From Isurus oxyrinchus (lineage: Eukaryota): a DNA stretch of 64,000 nt. Position numbers and translations under genes: made by a program. Location of the stretch: NCBI GenBank assembly GCA_026770705.1, contig JANJGN010000001.1:137020001-137084000 (forward strand), written 5' to 3'. Every line of letters starts with the position of its first letter. Positions within the stretch are counted from its first letter, which is position 1. The notes under the pieces are model-generated. The model worked only from the letters and a program-made list of their open reading frames with translations. It was not told where the DNA came from and searched no databases. Below, piece by piece: positions 37,584 to 49,919 of this stretch.

Positions 37584-38874
37584 GTGAGTTAGCGATCAGA
37601 TTGGTTTTGTTTATGTAAGTTGCGGAGTGCTTTGTACAATTCATTAATTTGTTAATCGGTCTACGGTGCTAATAAATGTAAGTTCTTTGTAAATGTGTGT
37701 GGTTGGTTGAATCTCATCCAGATGATGGATTAATGAAGTATTACATAGTGTTGGTGGTATAAACACAGTCTCCATTGACTAATTTTTATTTTGAATGTTA
37801 ACCAATATCATGGAAATGAAATCTTCTGGTAGTTTTCTTAATACTGCTGTAAGTGGAGGCTTGGAATCTAATTAATCAGTCACAATTAAAGAATTTATAT
37901 CCTATCTTGTTGTACCCCTAAAAGCTCATTCAGTGAATTGTTTTTCAGTTATAGCTAGTTAGGTAACAGAATGAGGTTAGCATAAGAAATACTGATGAAG
38001 CAGTGTAAAGATGGTGGCAAAATGGAACTTTGTACTGAATTTTTGAGCAGATATTATGTACATAAGTAATATCACATCAACAGAAAGCGTATCCATTCAA
38101 CAGGTGAGCTGTCTAGGAAATAACCCCTTCAGCTATAAGTTTGTTTTGACCTGCACAATGATGGCCTGAGGTGTTTGGTTAATTGTTATTTACAGTCCCA
38201 AACATCTTGTCCTATTATCAATGATTGCCCACATTGTTCTTCATGCTGCCAGATGCTGTTTGCCATATTCCATTCATTTTCCCTCCTGTGGTACATGGAC
38301 AAATTATGAAATTTCCCTAGTCTCACATTGTAAGGTCATAATTAAAGGACAAGCTTCAGCAGGATCCTTGAATTATTAGAGCCCTGTGCAGTTAACAACT
38401 CGGTGGACAGAGCCTCCATCTTGAAGGATCCTGTTGGCATTTAACAGGCAGTCTTCAGTCATGACATTCAATGATTGAAACTCGAACCACCAGCTGAAAG
38501 GCTGGAGGCAACTTAGCCAGGAGAACCAAAGAATGACACAGGCCAACAAGAAGTCATTTGTTCCATTGTTCCTGTGGCAAATTTAAGCTAGTGAAAGCCT
38601 ACAATATGCGTACACCTGTGTTTAAAATCTGTTTCGAGAGAAAGCATAAAGACCGTAAGACATAGGAGCAGAAGTAGGCCATTCGACCCATCAACTCTGC
38701 TCCGCCATTCAATGAGACCGTGGCTGATTTGATAATCCTCAACTTTTCCTGCCTTTTCCCCATAACCCTTTTCCCTTACTGACCAAAAATCTGCCTGTCT
38801 TCGCCTTGAATATACCCAACGAACTAGCCGTCTACGATAGTTTTGCTTCATATGTCAAGGAGTGTAGGGAAATT

Positions 38875-39230
38875 TATTTTTTCTTTCTTGGAATGTAAGC
38901 ATCACTGGCAAGGCCAGCAATTGTTGCCCATCCCTAATTGCCCTTGAACTTCAGAGGGCAATTAAGCGTCAACCACATTGCAGTGGGTCTGGAGTCGCAT
39001 GTAGGCCAGACCAGGTAAGGGTGGCAGATTTCCTTCCCTAAAGAACATTAGTGACCCAGATGGGTTTTTAAGGCAATCGATTGTTTAATGATCACCATTA
39101 CTGGTTTTCAACTCCAAGTTTATTAACTGAATTTAAATTCCACTAGTTGCCATGGTGGGATTTGAACCCATGTCCCCAGGACATTAGCTGGTCCACGAGT
39201 CCGGTGACATTACCACTATACCATCATCTG
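38875..39230 (-). mobile_element. tRNA-derived SINE whose 3' tail is shared with a LINE
   Basis: Reverse complement of the SINE at 48375-48785; tail gggcaa...tgctggcc...gtgatgc. Confidence 0.65.
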
Positions 39231-39610
39231 CTGTAGCTCACTATGTTAAACTTTATATTAATCATTTTCATCTATCTTGTGTAAAGGGGAATTCATTTGA
39301 CAAATTCTAGTAGACTGTGTATCGAATAAGGGTTCTCTAGCAATCCCTGGGTTATGCTGTCGTTACCTGGACACCAGGTAGGAAATTCTGAACCCCAGAT
39401 CCTGAAGAGTATGAGGTCCACTTGTGAGAGTGACTAGTGATGTTGAAGCTGAGAAAGTATCTCGTGAAATAACACAGCGATGTGATGTTTTTAAAGTAAT
39501 CTATTGAAATGTGAAATGGTCACTTATTTACATGTGTAAGTAGAGTGCTGCACTACATCAACTTACAAACTGGTGTAAAATTCAAGAAAGTAATGAAGCT
39601 TACGCTCCAT

Positions 39611-40281
39611 GGGCAGCATTTGCCCTTGTCCAGGGTGCTCAGCGGGGTCGGGTTGGGAAGCTGACCGCCACCCACAATCGACTCCGCACCGCGATTTCAC
39701 ACAGGCGGCCAGTTAAGGCCTGCCTAGCGGGGAGGGCAAGCAGTAGTGCTCGGGGTGGGGGGGGTGAGTGGGCCTAGTGTGATCTTCGCGCACGCGTGTG
39801 AAAGAGAGCTTCAATCTCCCTGAGGTACGGAGCTGCCTCGGAGATGAAGCGCTGTTTTTAAAAAAAAATAAAGGAAATAAAATTGTTATAAAACATGTTC
39901 CCTCTGACTCTGTAACAAGAGCTGGGACGTGTTTTTAATTCAAAAATAAAACTTTTATTTGATGTTTATTTGCTTTAGGAAACCTCTTCCTACCTGTGGA
40001 TGAGGTTTTCTAAAAGAAATGTAAAGGCCGCTTGGCCCTTTTGCCTGTCCACCAATCGTTTGTTTGGACGGGTAGCGTAAATTTGAATTTAATTAGCTCT
40101 TAAAAGCCTTTAATAGGCCCCTTTAATTGTCGGTGAGTGCGCAGCTGACTCTACCACGTGTCAGCCCACCAAAATATCGCAAGACTGCAAGATGACGTTA
40201 GGATGCTCGCCTGACATCGCGCATCATTTTACGCTCAAGCATGTCGGGCACGTGTCCACACACCAAGCGCAATATTCTGTC
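39611..40281. mobile_element. Non-autonomous DNA transposon (Harbinger-like MITE), degraded
   Basis: Ends gggcagcattt... / ...aatattctgtc resemble inverted termini; CpG-rich internal palindromes in an AT-rich intron. Confidence 0.4.
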
Positions 40282-40396
40282 ACTTGTTTTGTTAAGTGTG
40301 TGTGTGTAAAGTTTATACGTTTGTATGATTCCAGTTCCGTCGGAGTAGGAGTGATCAATGCGAATTCATCCCCTAAGTAAGGATTTTGTTTTAAAG

Positions 40397-40560
40397 GATG
40401 ATTTGGACTTGGATAGGAGCTCATTACCTCGGTCAGCTAGTGGCCGAAGCTTCCCACGGAGTATGGATGATTCTGAGGAGGAAGATGAAGAAGACAGTGG
40501 TCACAGTTCAAGGAGGAGAGGCAGCAGCTCCAGCGGGGTATCCTATGAGGAGTTTCAAGT
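40397..40560 (+). CDS. PKD2: Polycystin-2 exon 13 (acidic cluster)
   Basis: DDLDLD...[33 protein letters not shown]. Confidence 0.95.
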
Positions 40561-40689
40561 GTAAGCATTCAGATTAGAGCTTCATTTCATTCACTCCCTA
40601 GAAGGTAACGACTCACATCCAGAGGATAATTTCCAAGTTTACGGATGATATAAAACTTTGAAACGTAGTAAACGTTGAGGTGAATAATA

Positions 40690-41355
40690 ACAAGATTTCA
40701 GGAGGGCACAGACTGATGGAATGACTAGATGAAAGCTCATGCAGCGGAGTGATGCAGTCTGATTGGGAGAATGAGGAGAGGCAGTAACTAAATAGTACAA
40801 TTTAAAGGGGATTCGGGTTGGTTAAACCTCATTTGGAGTAAAGTGCTCAATTCTAGGCAGTGCATTTTGGGTAGGATGTCAAGACCTCGAAGAGGGTGCA
40901 GAGAAGATTCATTGAACGGTACCAGGAGATGAAGGGCATTAGTTATGTGGAGAGACTGGAGAAGCTGGGATTGCTCTTAGGGCAGAGGAGTTAATAGAAG
41001 ATCTGATAGAGCTGCTCAAAATCACGAATGCCTTTGATAGAATAAATAGGAAACTGCTTCCGGTGGCAGAAGGGGCAGTGACCAGAAGATACTGATTTAG
41101 TGATTGTCAAAAAAAACCCAGAGATGACATGAGGAAATTTTTACACAAGTTATGATCTGGAATCCACTGTCTAAAAGCACAGTGGAGGCAGATCCAATAA
41201 TACCTTTCAAAAGAGAATTGGATAAATACTTGAAGAAAATTTTGCAGGGCCATGGGCAAAGAGTAGGGAAGTGGAATTAATTTGATAGCTCATTGAAAGA
41301 GCCAGCATAGGCATGATGGGCAAATGGCCTCCTCCTCTGCTCTGTGATTCTATGA
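40690..41355 (+). mobile_element. Degraded CR1 3' fragment
   Basis: CR1-like blocks and tail gggcaaatggcctcctcctctgctctgtgattctatgatt. Confidence 0.65.
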
Positions 41356-42065
41356 TTTCTGCTGGGCACAGTTTCACATGTGTCAGCTTCCTTCAGTACC
41401 TCACCTAAGTAGGTATTCTTTGTATGTGATCGTGGACAGTGAGTGCTCTAAGCCTGCTGACTGGGAGGTGTCGGAGCCCAGCATGGTGATGTTCTCACCC
41501 ATTATCCTCAGCCTGCAGAGTTACTGCCAGGGTTAGTAGTTGCTAATTAGGCGTGGGGGCCTTGGCTGATGTGTATGTGCCTCCCTTGTCTGAAAACAGA
41601 TGCCAGTTTGTGATTACAGCAGGGATCAGCTGGTTCAACAAAGGCAGGTTTCTAACCTTACACGCTCACCTATGGAGCAGCCAGAGTATTGGTGAGAGAC
41701 CACGCTCAATTTTAGAAGAAATTCAGTAAAAACATTGTAGAAATTGCTGTTTAAATCCTAAAATGTGTTAAGTTAAATGTTTTAAAATCCATGTCCAGAA
41801 TGTTTAATCTAGTTATTTAATCAGTTTGGGAATAATAAATGTATTTAATGGGTAAGAATACAAGGCAGAAAGGATTAGAAGGAAATGCTGGTGGGGACAT
41901 GAAGTGGGGGTGGGAGGAGGTTCATGTGGCGCATTAATAATGGCTGTTAGGTTAAATGGCTGTTTCTGTGCTGTAGATTCTTCTGTTTGATAAAGAGGCT
42001 ATGTCAAGCACCTGGTATGATAAATAAACTGGCCAATGGATAGAAATCTGGTTTAAAACTAATAA

Positions 42066-42287
<222 letters not shown>

Positions 42288-44154
42288 TAGTTTTGAAGTC
42301 ACTATTTATTTTTATTCATTCATGGGATGTGGGCGTCGCTGCCTGGGTAAGCATTTATTGCCCATCCCTAATTGCCCTTGAGAAGGTGGTGGTGAGCTGC
42401 CTCCTTGAACCGCTGCAGTCCCTGTGGTGTAGGTGCACCCACAGTGCTGTTAGGAAGGGAGTTCCAGGATTTTGACCCAGCGACAGTGACAGTAACAGGA
42501 TTTTTCAATTCACTAAGCCAGCCCCAAAATAAACAGTTTTAAGTATTTAAAATTGAACAATGCAAATGTGAGCGTGGATGTTTTTTTTAACGTTTTGGGG
42601 TATATTGTATTATTCTGTAAAGAATGGGGGTGTGTGGTTTAATTAAGCTGGGCAAGAGTTTGCTAGGAGTCAGGTTGTCTGGGGCTTTGGAAACATGAAA
42701 AGGGTAGAGGTGTTAAGTTGAGGCACAGTTTAAGGTTGGATCTAACAATTGCATTTTTACATAAGTTGAGAGGTTGTTAGAATTTCAAGGGGGAGTCAGA
42801 GTTACCAAGGAGAATGTTTGCACCTTGCAGGAATCCATAGGTAAATAAGTAGCTGTGGGGATATAATATTTGTATTGCCCAAAAGTAAGGGCAAGATAGA
42901 AACATGAAAGATCTTATATTTGGAAGGATTTGAGTTTCAAAGGGATGTGAGAACAATGGGAATGAGATGAAAGGGGGGAAAGGTATATTAAGAGTTACTG
43001 TGGATAGCCGATTTTTAGCTGTTGAACTGGAGAGATGGCTGGAGCTGTTGAGAAGCCTTGGGCTGCAGCAAGCAGTTTTATTCTGAAGTGGATTCCACTG
43101 CAAAGGGGAAGAGGGTAAAGGTCATGTGGTACACCTTTATTAAAGCAGTTGGCTTGTGTAATGTTACTGGATTTTTCATATTTAAACATCTATAAGGAAG
43201 TGAGTGTTGCCTGGAAGGTGTTTACTTGCGGATTTGACAAAGCAGAGAGTTTTGGGGGGGAATGTTTTGTAAGACTAACCTTCATTGTGTAACTGTAATC
43301 TTGTGTGCTTAAGTAGTTTATTTTTGTTAATAAGACTTTTAATTTTTAAAGACCCTAACGTGTTACTGGACCTTTTTGCTGCTGAGATCAGTGCATCATC
43401 TTCTCGTTATCAGAATACAAAGAGGGTATGGCCCGTAAGCCAAGTTTCCCTGTGGAATTTGGTTTGTGCAGCTGTGGTCAGAGTGTAAATGGCCTAGCGA
43501 ATGCTTTGTTTTTGTTGGCAGTTGATTTGTTTTTTGGAATTTTTATTGAATGGTTTGATGTTTCAACAAAGAGTGTTTTGATAGAGGAGATGAAAGAAAA
43601 AAATATCTCCTCTGCTGGAGGAGTCCAGAAGAACGAGGTGTAACCTTAAAATTAGATAAAGGCTGTTCAGGGGTGCACTTCACACAAACACTCGTGGAAA
43701 TCTGAGACTCTCTTCCCTAAAAAGCTGTTGTGGCAGGAGGTCAATTGAAAATTCCAGAACGGGGATAGGTTTTTGTTCGAGGGTTATGGAACCAAGGCGG
43801 TTAGACACAGATGAGCCACAATCAAACAGACATGAGGGACTGAATGGCCTCCTTCTGTTCCAATGTGCCTATGTTCAGAAAATGTCATTTAAGAAGTTTT
43901 AAAAAAAAATAATGTAAAGGAATTGAATTAATACAATCAACTCTAAACAGTCTACTTACACCTGGTGAGTGGATCACCAAATTACAGTTTTCACACCTAA
44001 ATAATGTGTCTACCAAACACAGGAGGTAAGAAATGGAACCTAGATAACAATGTTGATTGTTTTTTTTGTTACCTGCTGGGGTGCTGACACTAATAACGTC
44101 TGTTCTGTAACAAGACGCTATATGAAAATAAGGAAATATCCACTTTTCCCACAG

Positions 44155-44382
44155 GATGAGCGACTGGGTCGTGACAATGACATTCACCGAGAGCAAATGG
44201 AGCGTTTGGTGCGAGAGGAGCTGGAACGCTGGGAGTCCGATGAGACGGTGTCACAGCTCAGTCAGCACCTCGGAACGCCTCTGGGAATAAATGGCAGATC
44301 TCGGTCCCGCAGCTCCCGCCCATCCTCGTCTCAGTCTACTGATGGCCTGGAAGCTGGGGGGCTAGGAGGTAGTCATGTTTAG
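44155..44382 (+). CDS. PKD2: Polycystin-2 exon 15 (terminal coding exon)
   Basis: [29 protein letters not shown]...GGSHV*. Confidence 0.95.
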   Translation, partial: DERLGRDNDIHREQMERLVREELERWESDETVSQLSQHLGTPLGINGRSRSRSSRPSSSQSTDGLEAGGLGGSHV

Positions 44383-45285
44383 TCTATTAATGCCATAGGC
44401 AGTAGATCCTTCACATATATCCATAAATGTCCATTGTCATGACGGCTTGACAGCTCATCAGTATTTTTACATTATTTCAAATCTTTTTCACCCAGATGTG
44501 CCTTGATCCGCAGAGCTTGAATGATTGCGCACACTTTGGGATGAATTACAAAACATGCAAACGTGCATTTTAGTAAACTCTCTTATTTGCATGGAATGAA
44601 GGAATTGACTGTTTAATGCACATTTCACCAAGGAATTCAAAGAATGTTTCAGCTTTGGAAGCATCAGAGTATTTTAATAAGGCCTCTCTTAACAACGTTT
44701 CTGGCAAAGCTTAAATTGGGAACTGTAATTTGCCTGTAACTATAAGATTAATTGGCCAAAACTATTTCGTACAAACTTGTGACCTTACAACTTTCATACA
44801 AGATTGAATCACTGAGGAAAAGTTTTAAAACTGTTCATATTGAGCCTAGTTTGTAAACAAGTCTCTGAGGGACTTTCCTTTTAGTGCCTTTATCACACCT
44901 CAAATGTACAATAAGATCCTTCATCTCCCAGCTTCTTGGATGGCAGGAATTGTATGTAAGCAGTCCAAGTAAACATGTTACATGAGTGATGCTTAAAAAA
45001 AATTATTTGGAAACTTTTTTTGAAATATCCATTGAACACAAATGTTTACTTCATCAGATTAAGAGCAAAGAATTTCCAAGTAGCCTGTGCAGAGAACCAA
45101 ACGCATCTAACTCTGTTTTTCAAAAAAAACAAATTGTATTTAAATGGTTACATTTTCAAATAGGGAAGGAAAGTGCATTTGCCAAATGAAAATCTTGTAA
45201 GAATATCTTTTTACCTATTGTATACGTTTTCCTGAATAGCCTAGGTTTTTGACATTACATAATGTTGAACCAGAATTTACTTGTA

Positions 45286-45464
45286 GATAAAAACAAAAAA
45301 CTGCGGATGCTGGAAATCCAAAACAAAAACAGAATTACCTGGAAAAACTCAGCAGGTCTGGCAGCATCGGTGGAGAAGAAAAGAGTTGATGTTTCGAGTC
45401 CTCATGACCCTTTGACAGAACTGCCAGACCTGCTGAGTTTTTCCAGGTAATTCTGTTTTTGTTA
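45286..45464. mobile_element. Mini Penelope-derived insertion with a 43-bp perfect inverted repeat, in the putative PKD2 3' UTR
   Basis: AACAAAAACAGAATTACCTGGAAAAACTCAGCAGGTCTGGCAG (45322-45364) and its reverse complement (45421-45463). TSD AGA(A/T)TTTACTTGTA at 45272-45285 and 45465-45478. Confidence 0.85.
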
Positions 45465-45827
45465 AGATTTTACTTGTACCTATTAATGCATCACACAATT
45501 TTCATGAACCAAATAAAGCCAATAATATGTGATGTGTAGGAACTTTTAACAAACTTCATTTTGAAGTGCATAATTTCATGGGGTATCCATGTTGTGTCTT
45601 GACGCTGTGCGTGCCAATGCATAAAGTGTGTAGTTTTGTAGAAATTGGGTTTTTATATTTCCTATGTTTTATAATCTCATCAAATATTCAGCTTCAATTT
45701 AATTATCTATTCATGTGTAATGAAACTACTCATTTAGCTTTTAGAACTGTGGTAGAGGCGCAACTTCTGATAGATTGCAAGTCTTCCATTGTGTGGATCT
45801 TATAGGTCACAGGCCTGTTGTATTCAA

Positions 45828-45844
45828 GCACTTTACTTAATAAA
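45828..45844 (+). promoter_or_regulatory. miR-17-family 8-mer site (GCACTTTA) followed by a candidate poly(A) signal AATAAA
   Basis: GCACTTTA at 45828-45835 and AATAAA at 45839-45844. Other AATAAA at 45512, 45920 and 45997. Confidence 0.55.
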
Positions 45845-46649
45845 GAATATCATTTTCTGCAGAATTAATGGTTTTTCTGTGTTTTTCTCACAACCAATTT
45901 AAAGAGGGTATGAAGCAGGAATAAATTTTCTGAAGTATTATAGCCAAAGAATGTCATGTACCAATGAAACTGTTTCCTGAGGTTGCCCTTATTTTAAATA
46001 AAATCTGTAATGATGTTCTTACCAGCACAAATTTTCAGTTTTTTTTTGCTTTGAGGCAGCAACTCAGTAGCCATTTGTTTGTTTAGATCTTATGTAAGTT
46101 GGTGCTTTGGAAATTTTTCAAACCATCTGCTGGTTTGTGATTGAAAGATTCCAACCTGTCCATTTCTGAGCCAATGTTTAACCAGCTAAATGTGATGGAT
46201 ATTTTGCTGATGTGACATACTAAGTATGACATTTAACATGTTGGTGCTAAATTAGGACACATGATGTAGGTTTTCTCTTGAGCTACAGGCTGGGTGATCT
46301 CAGAAATCCAAGCGCCTGGTGTGTGTTGCAGGTAAATTTCTAAATGTTAAAAGACAGTCATTTAGACATAAGACATTTAGTGTTGCCGGGTAAATTTCTA
46401 TTGGTAGCATATATTGCTTCCTTGTAATTAATAACTTTTAATGATTTATAGCCATGTAGATTATCAAATTCAGCTTAAATATTTCATCTGTTGTTTCCTT
46501 ATGTAGATTCAGTGAGAACTTGCCATGTTTATTTTTGTTTAAAATCCCGGCAGGCAGTGGCTGAGAGATGGTCTTCAACCCCTTGGTTATGGCTGGTTGT
46601 GTTTTATCTCTCTGCCTCTCTCTTTGCCTGAGGCCCATATCATCTACTC

Positions 46650-47040
46650 TAGTCTGGTTAATGATTGGCTAGCTAACAGGAAGCGGAGAGTCGGCATAAA
46701 TGAGTGGTGTGCCCCAGGGATCAGTGCTGGGGCCTCAACTTTTTACAATTTATATAAATGACTTGGATGAAGGGACCGGGGGTGTGGTGGCTAAATTTGC
46801 TGATGACACAAAGATGGGTATAAAAGTAAATTGTGAACAAGACATAAGGAGGCTGCAAAGGGACATAGATGGCAAATGGAGTATAACATGTGAAATTGTC
46901 TATTTTGGCAGAAAGATTAAAAAATAAGCATATTATCTAAATGGTGAGAGATTGCAGAGTTAAGATTCAGGGACCTGGGTGTTTTAGTGCATGAATCACA
47001 GAAGGTTAGTATATAGGTACAGCAAGTAATTAGGGAAGTT
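46650..47040 (+). mobile_element. CR1 RT fragment
   Basis: SGVPQGSVLGPQLFTIYINDLDEG...KFADDTK. Confidence 0.85.
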
Positions 47041-47369
47041 AGAACCTTTATTTATAAAGGTGGCTCTCGTCAAAACCGCACAAAGTTATGGCCAAAATAA
47101 ATGTATTTATTAATGTACAAGTAAATCATTTTAAGATGATGAAGCAAATTTCTGTTTGTCACTCCTGTGGAATTTTGATAGCTTGAGTGAATACGTACAT
47201 AATTTTCAGCCTTTTAGACTATCTCAGAGGAACCTTTCAAAGAAACCCAGCATTGAGCCCCTGATTTTAATTCCTCTCCCTCCCCTGCCCCATCTCCAAA
47301 CATCATCAAATGGATCATGTGTGTCACACTGTTGAACTATAGAAGGAAAGGTAGTTTTCAACATACAGC

Positions 47370-47513
47370 TCATGAAAGCTTCTTCATACAGAAGAGTTTC
47401 AAGTATGCAGTGCTTAGGAAGAAAATAGAACACTTAGTCCCAGATGATTCTGCCACAGATCCCATGCGATTGTGCCAATGCCCATGTCCTCAAGGTGCTG
47501 AACTCCTGTACAT
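47370..47513 (-). pseudogene. ABCG2: ABCG2 terminal exon 16 remnant, frameshifted
   Basis: tacag/ CTGVQHLEDMGIGTIAWDLWQNHLGLSV [~4-nt deletion] IFFLSTAYLKLFCMKKLS*. Confidence 0.88.
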
Positions 47514-48165
47514 CTGTAATGAAAAAAAAGAATCAAAAGGCATTAAACAAAAGAATTTTACATCTAGCAGCATTTACAGCACAAATTGGCCTATTGGCAT
47601 ATGGGCTGTTTCTACTCTTCACAAGCCTCACTCCACCCCTCTATCTCATCCTATCAGCATATCCTATTGCTTACTCCCTTGTGTTTATCCAGCTTCCCCT
47701 TAAATGTATCTGTACTATTCAACTCCCTGTGGTTGCAAGTTCCACATTCTGACCACACTCTGGGTGAAGATATTTCTCTTGAATTCCCACTGGATTTGTT
47801 GATGCCTATCTTATTTCTGGCCCGAGTTCTGAAACATTTGCCTATCTTATTGAATCCTCTTTGTATTCCGAATGACGTCTATCGTTAATATTAGATTCAG
47901 TGCTGGTCACAGACAATTAAGTCGAATAGTGTCAATAACATGATATGCATCAGGATTAAATTCTCGAGATAGTGTTCAGGGCCTTCTCTTCCCCTGAGGG
48001 AACGAGGCCAGCCTGTTCCATCTTCCTGGACACAATAAATGTCTCAGTCCTGGTATCATTCTAGTAAACCTTTTTTTTTTGCACCTTCACTGTTCCTCTC
48101 CATCCTTTTTATAAAATGCAGTTCAGAGCTGTGGCTAGCACTGATCAATTATAATTAATACTTAC

Positions 48166-48266
48166 AAGATCTTAATTGGGATAGGATTTGAGCAGTGACA
48201 GCCTTTCCCTGTATTTGACACGTTATAAGAAAAGTTCAGGCCGACAAATTCATTAACTATGAGATC
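48166..48266 (-). pseudogene. ABCG2: ABCG2 exon 15 remnant (extracellular loop 3)
   Basis: aacag/DLIVNEFVGLNFSYNVSNTGKGCHCSNPIPIKI/gtaagt vs ALQHNEFLGQNFC; phase-2 end. Confidence 0.78.
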
Positions 48267-48374
48267 CTGTTAAATCAAACCGATGATTACAAGTTACAGT
48301 AGGAGCCAGGACTAGGATTCACAGCACAGAATGACATTACTTTATTCATTGCAAACAGCCACTGAATACTGGAA

Positions 48375-48785
48375 ATGGTAGCATCATGGTTATGTTACTG
48401 GGCTCATAAACCAGGGGCCTGGATTTAGGAGTTGGGAAGATAAATTCAAATCCCACCCTGCCTTTTGGGGGATTTTTAATTTGGTTAATGAAATCCGGAA
48501 TAAGAAGGTAATGTCAGTAATGGTGACTGTGTAACTATTAGATTGTTGTAAAAAAAAACCCATCTGGTTCACCATTGTCCTTTAGGGAAGGAAATCTGCC
48601 ATCCTTGTCTGGTCTGGCCTATATGTGACTCCGGATGCACAGTAATGTGGTGAACTCTTAACTGCCCCCTGAAATGGCCTAAAGCTGGTCAAGAAGGTAG
48701 CTCACCAAAACCTTGGGCAATTGGAGATGGGCAGTAAAAGCTGGCATTGCAGGCAACACCCATATCCCATGCCTGAATAAACAAA
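48375..48785 (+). mobile_element. tRNA-derived SINE
   Basis: A/B-box-like head (ggtagcatcatggttatg...ttcaaatcccacc) and a tail shared with the LINE at 49920-50545. Confidence 0.65.
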
Positions 48786-49409
48786 ACTACAGTGCCTTGT
48801 CACTCAGCACACAGTTGTTATTTATATTCGTTCACAGGATGTGGGCTTCGCTGGCTGGGCCAGCATTTATTGCCTATCCTTAGTTGCCCTTGAGAAGGTG
48901 GTGGTGAGCTACCCTGCAGTCCCTGTGGTGTACCTACAGTGCTGTTAAAGGAGGGAGTTCCCAGATTTTGACCCAGCGACAGTGAAGGAACAGCAATATA
49001 TTTCCAAGTCAGGATGGTGAGTGGCTTGGAGGAGAATTTTCACGTGGTGGTGTTCCCATGTGCCTGCTGCCCTTGTCCTTCTAGATGGTAGTGCCTATGG
49101 GTTTAGAAGGTGCTGTCTAAGGAGCCTTGGTGAGTTCTTGCAGTGCACCTGCAGCATACAGTCTGCTTTAGCTATGCCAGTGGGATCTTAATATTCATTG
49201 CACTAACTTCCAGCAAGTGCTTACTTTATTCAGCTTCTAAATGTCATGAATGTATTACAGGAGAGATTGATATGGCACTTAAGTTTTCTTATGATGTCAT
49301 ACATCAATAATGTTCCCACAATAACTTAAGTGCCTAAGGACAAAGTGGATATCAACTAATAAAAGACATTTTATATTTGATTGTGTTGGCCACACAGACA
49401 ACTAAGTTG

Positions 49410-49800
49410 AATGGGATGTGGGATGTTATCTTATGAGGAAAGGTTGGACAGGTTGGGCCTGTATCCATTAGAGTTTAGAAGAATGAGGTGTGACCTTATT
49501 GAAACATGAGATCCTGAGGGGACTTGACAGGGTGGATGCTGAGAGGATGTTTCCCCTTGTGGGAGAGACGAGAACTAGGGGACATGGTTTAAAAGTAAGG
49601 GATTTCCCATTAGGCTGGCGATGAGAAGTAATTTTTTTCTGAGGGTAATGAATCTTTGGAACACTTTCCCAGAGAGCAGTAGAGGCAGGGTCATTGAATA
49701 TTTTTAAGTTGGAGGTAGATAAATAAGTTCTTAACTAACAAGGGAGTTGAAGGTTATCGGGGGTAGACGGAAATGTGGAGTTGAGGCCACAACCAGATCG
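49410..49800 (+). mobile_element. CR1 3' fragment
   Basis: ttatgaggaaaggttggacagg...gagtttagaagaatgagg...actagggg blocks. Confidence 0.7.
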
Positions 49801-49919
49801 GACTCCTGGCTAAAGATGGTAGTTTTGTGGAGTTTCTTCCACCAGTTAGTTGTTTAATTTTCCATCATCATTTATGACTGCATATGGCAGGACTGCGGAG
49901 CTTAGTTACCATTGACCAG

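Noticed and set aside
39146-39159. GTTGCCATGG X-box-like half site
   Set aside because: Lies inside a SINE deep in intron 12, and the second half-site does not match.
42550-43490. Possible additional solo LTR in intron 14
   Set aside because: Composition is suggestive, but I could not define TG...CA termini or a TSD.
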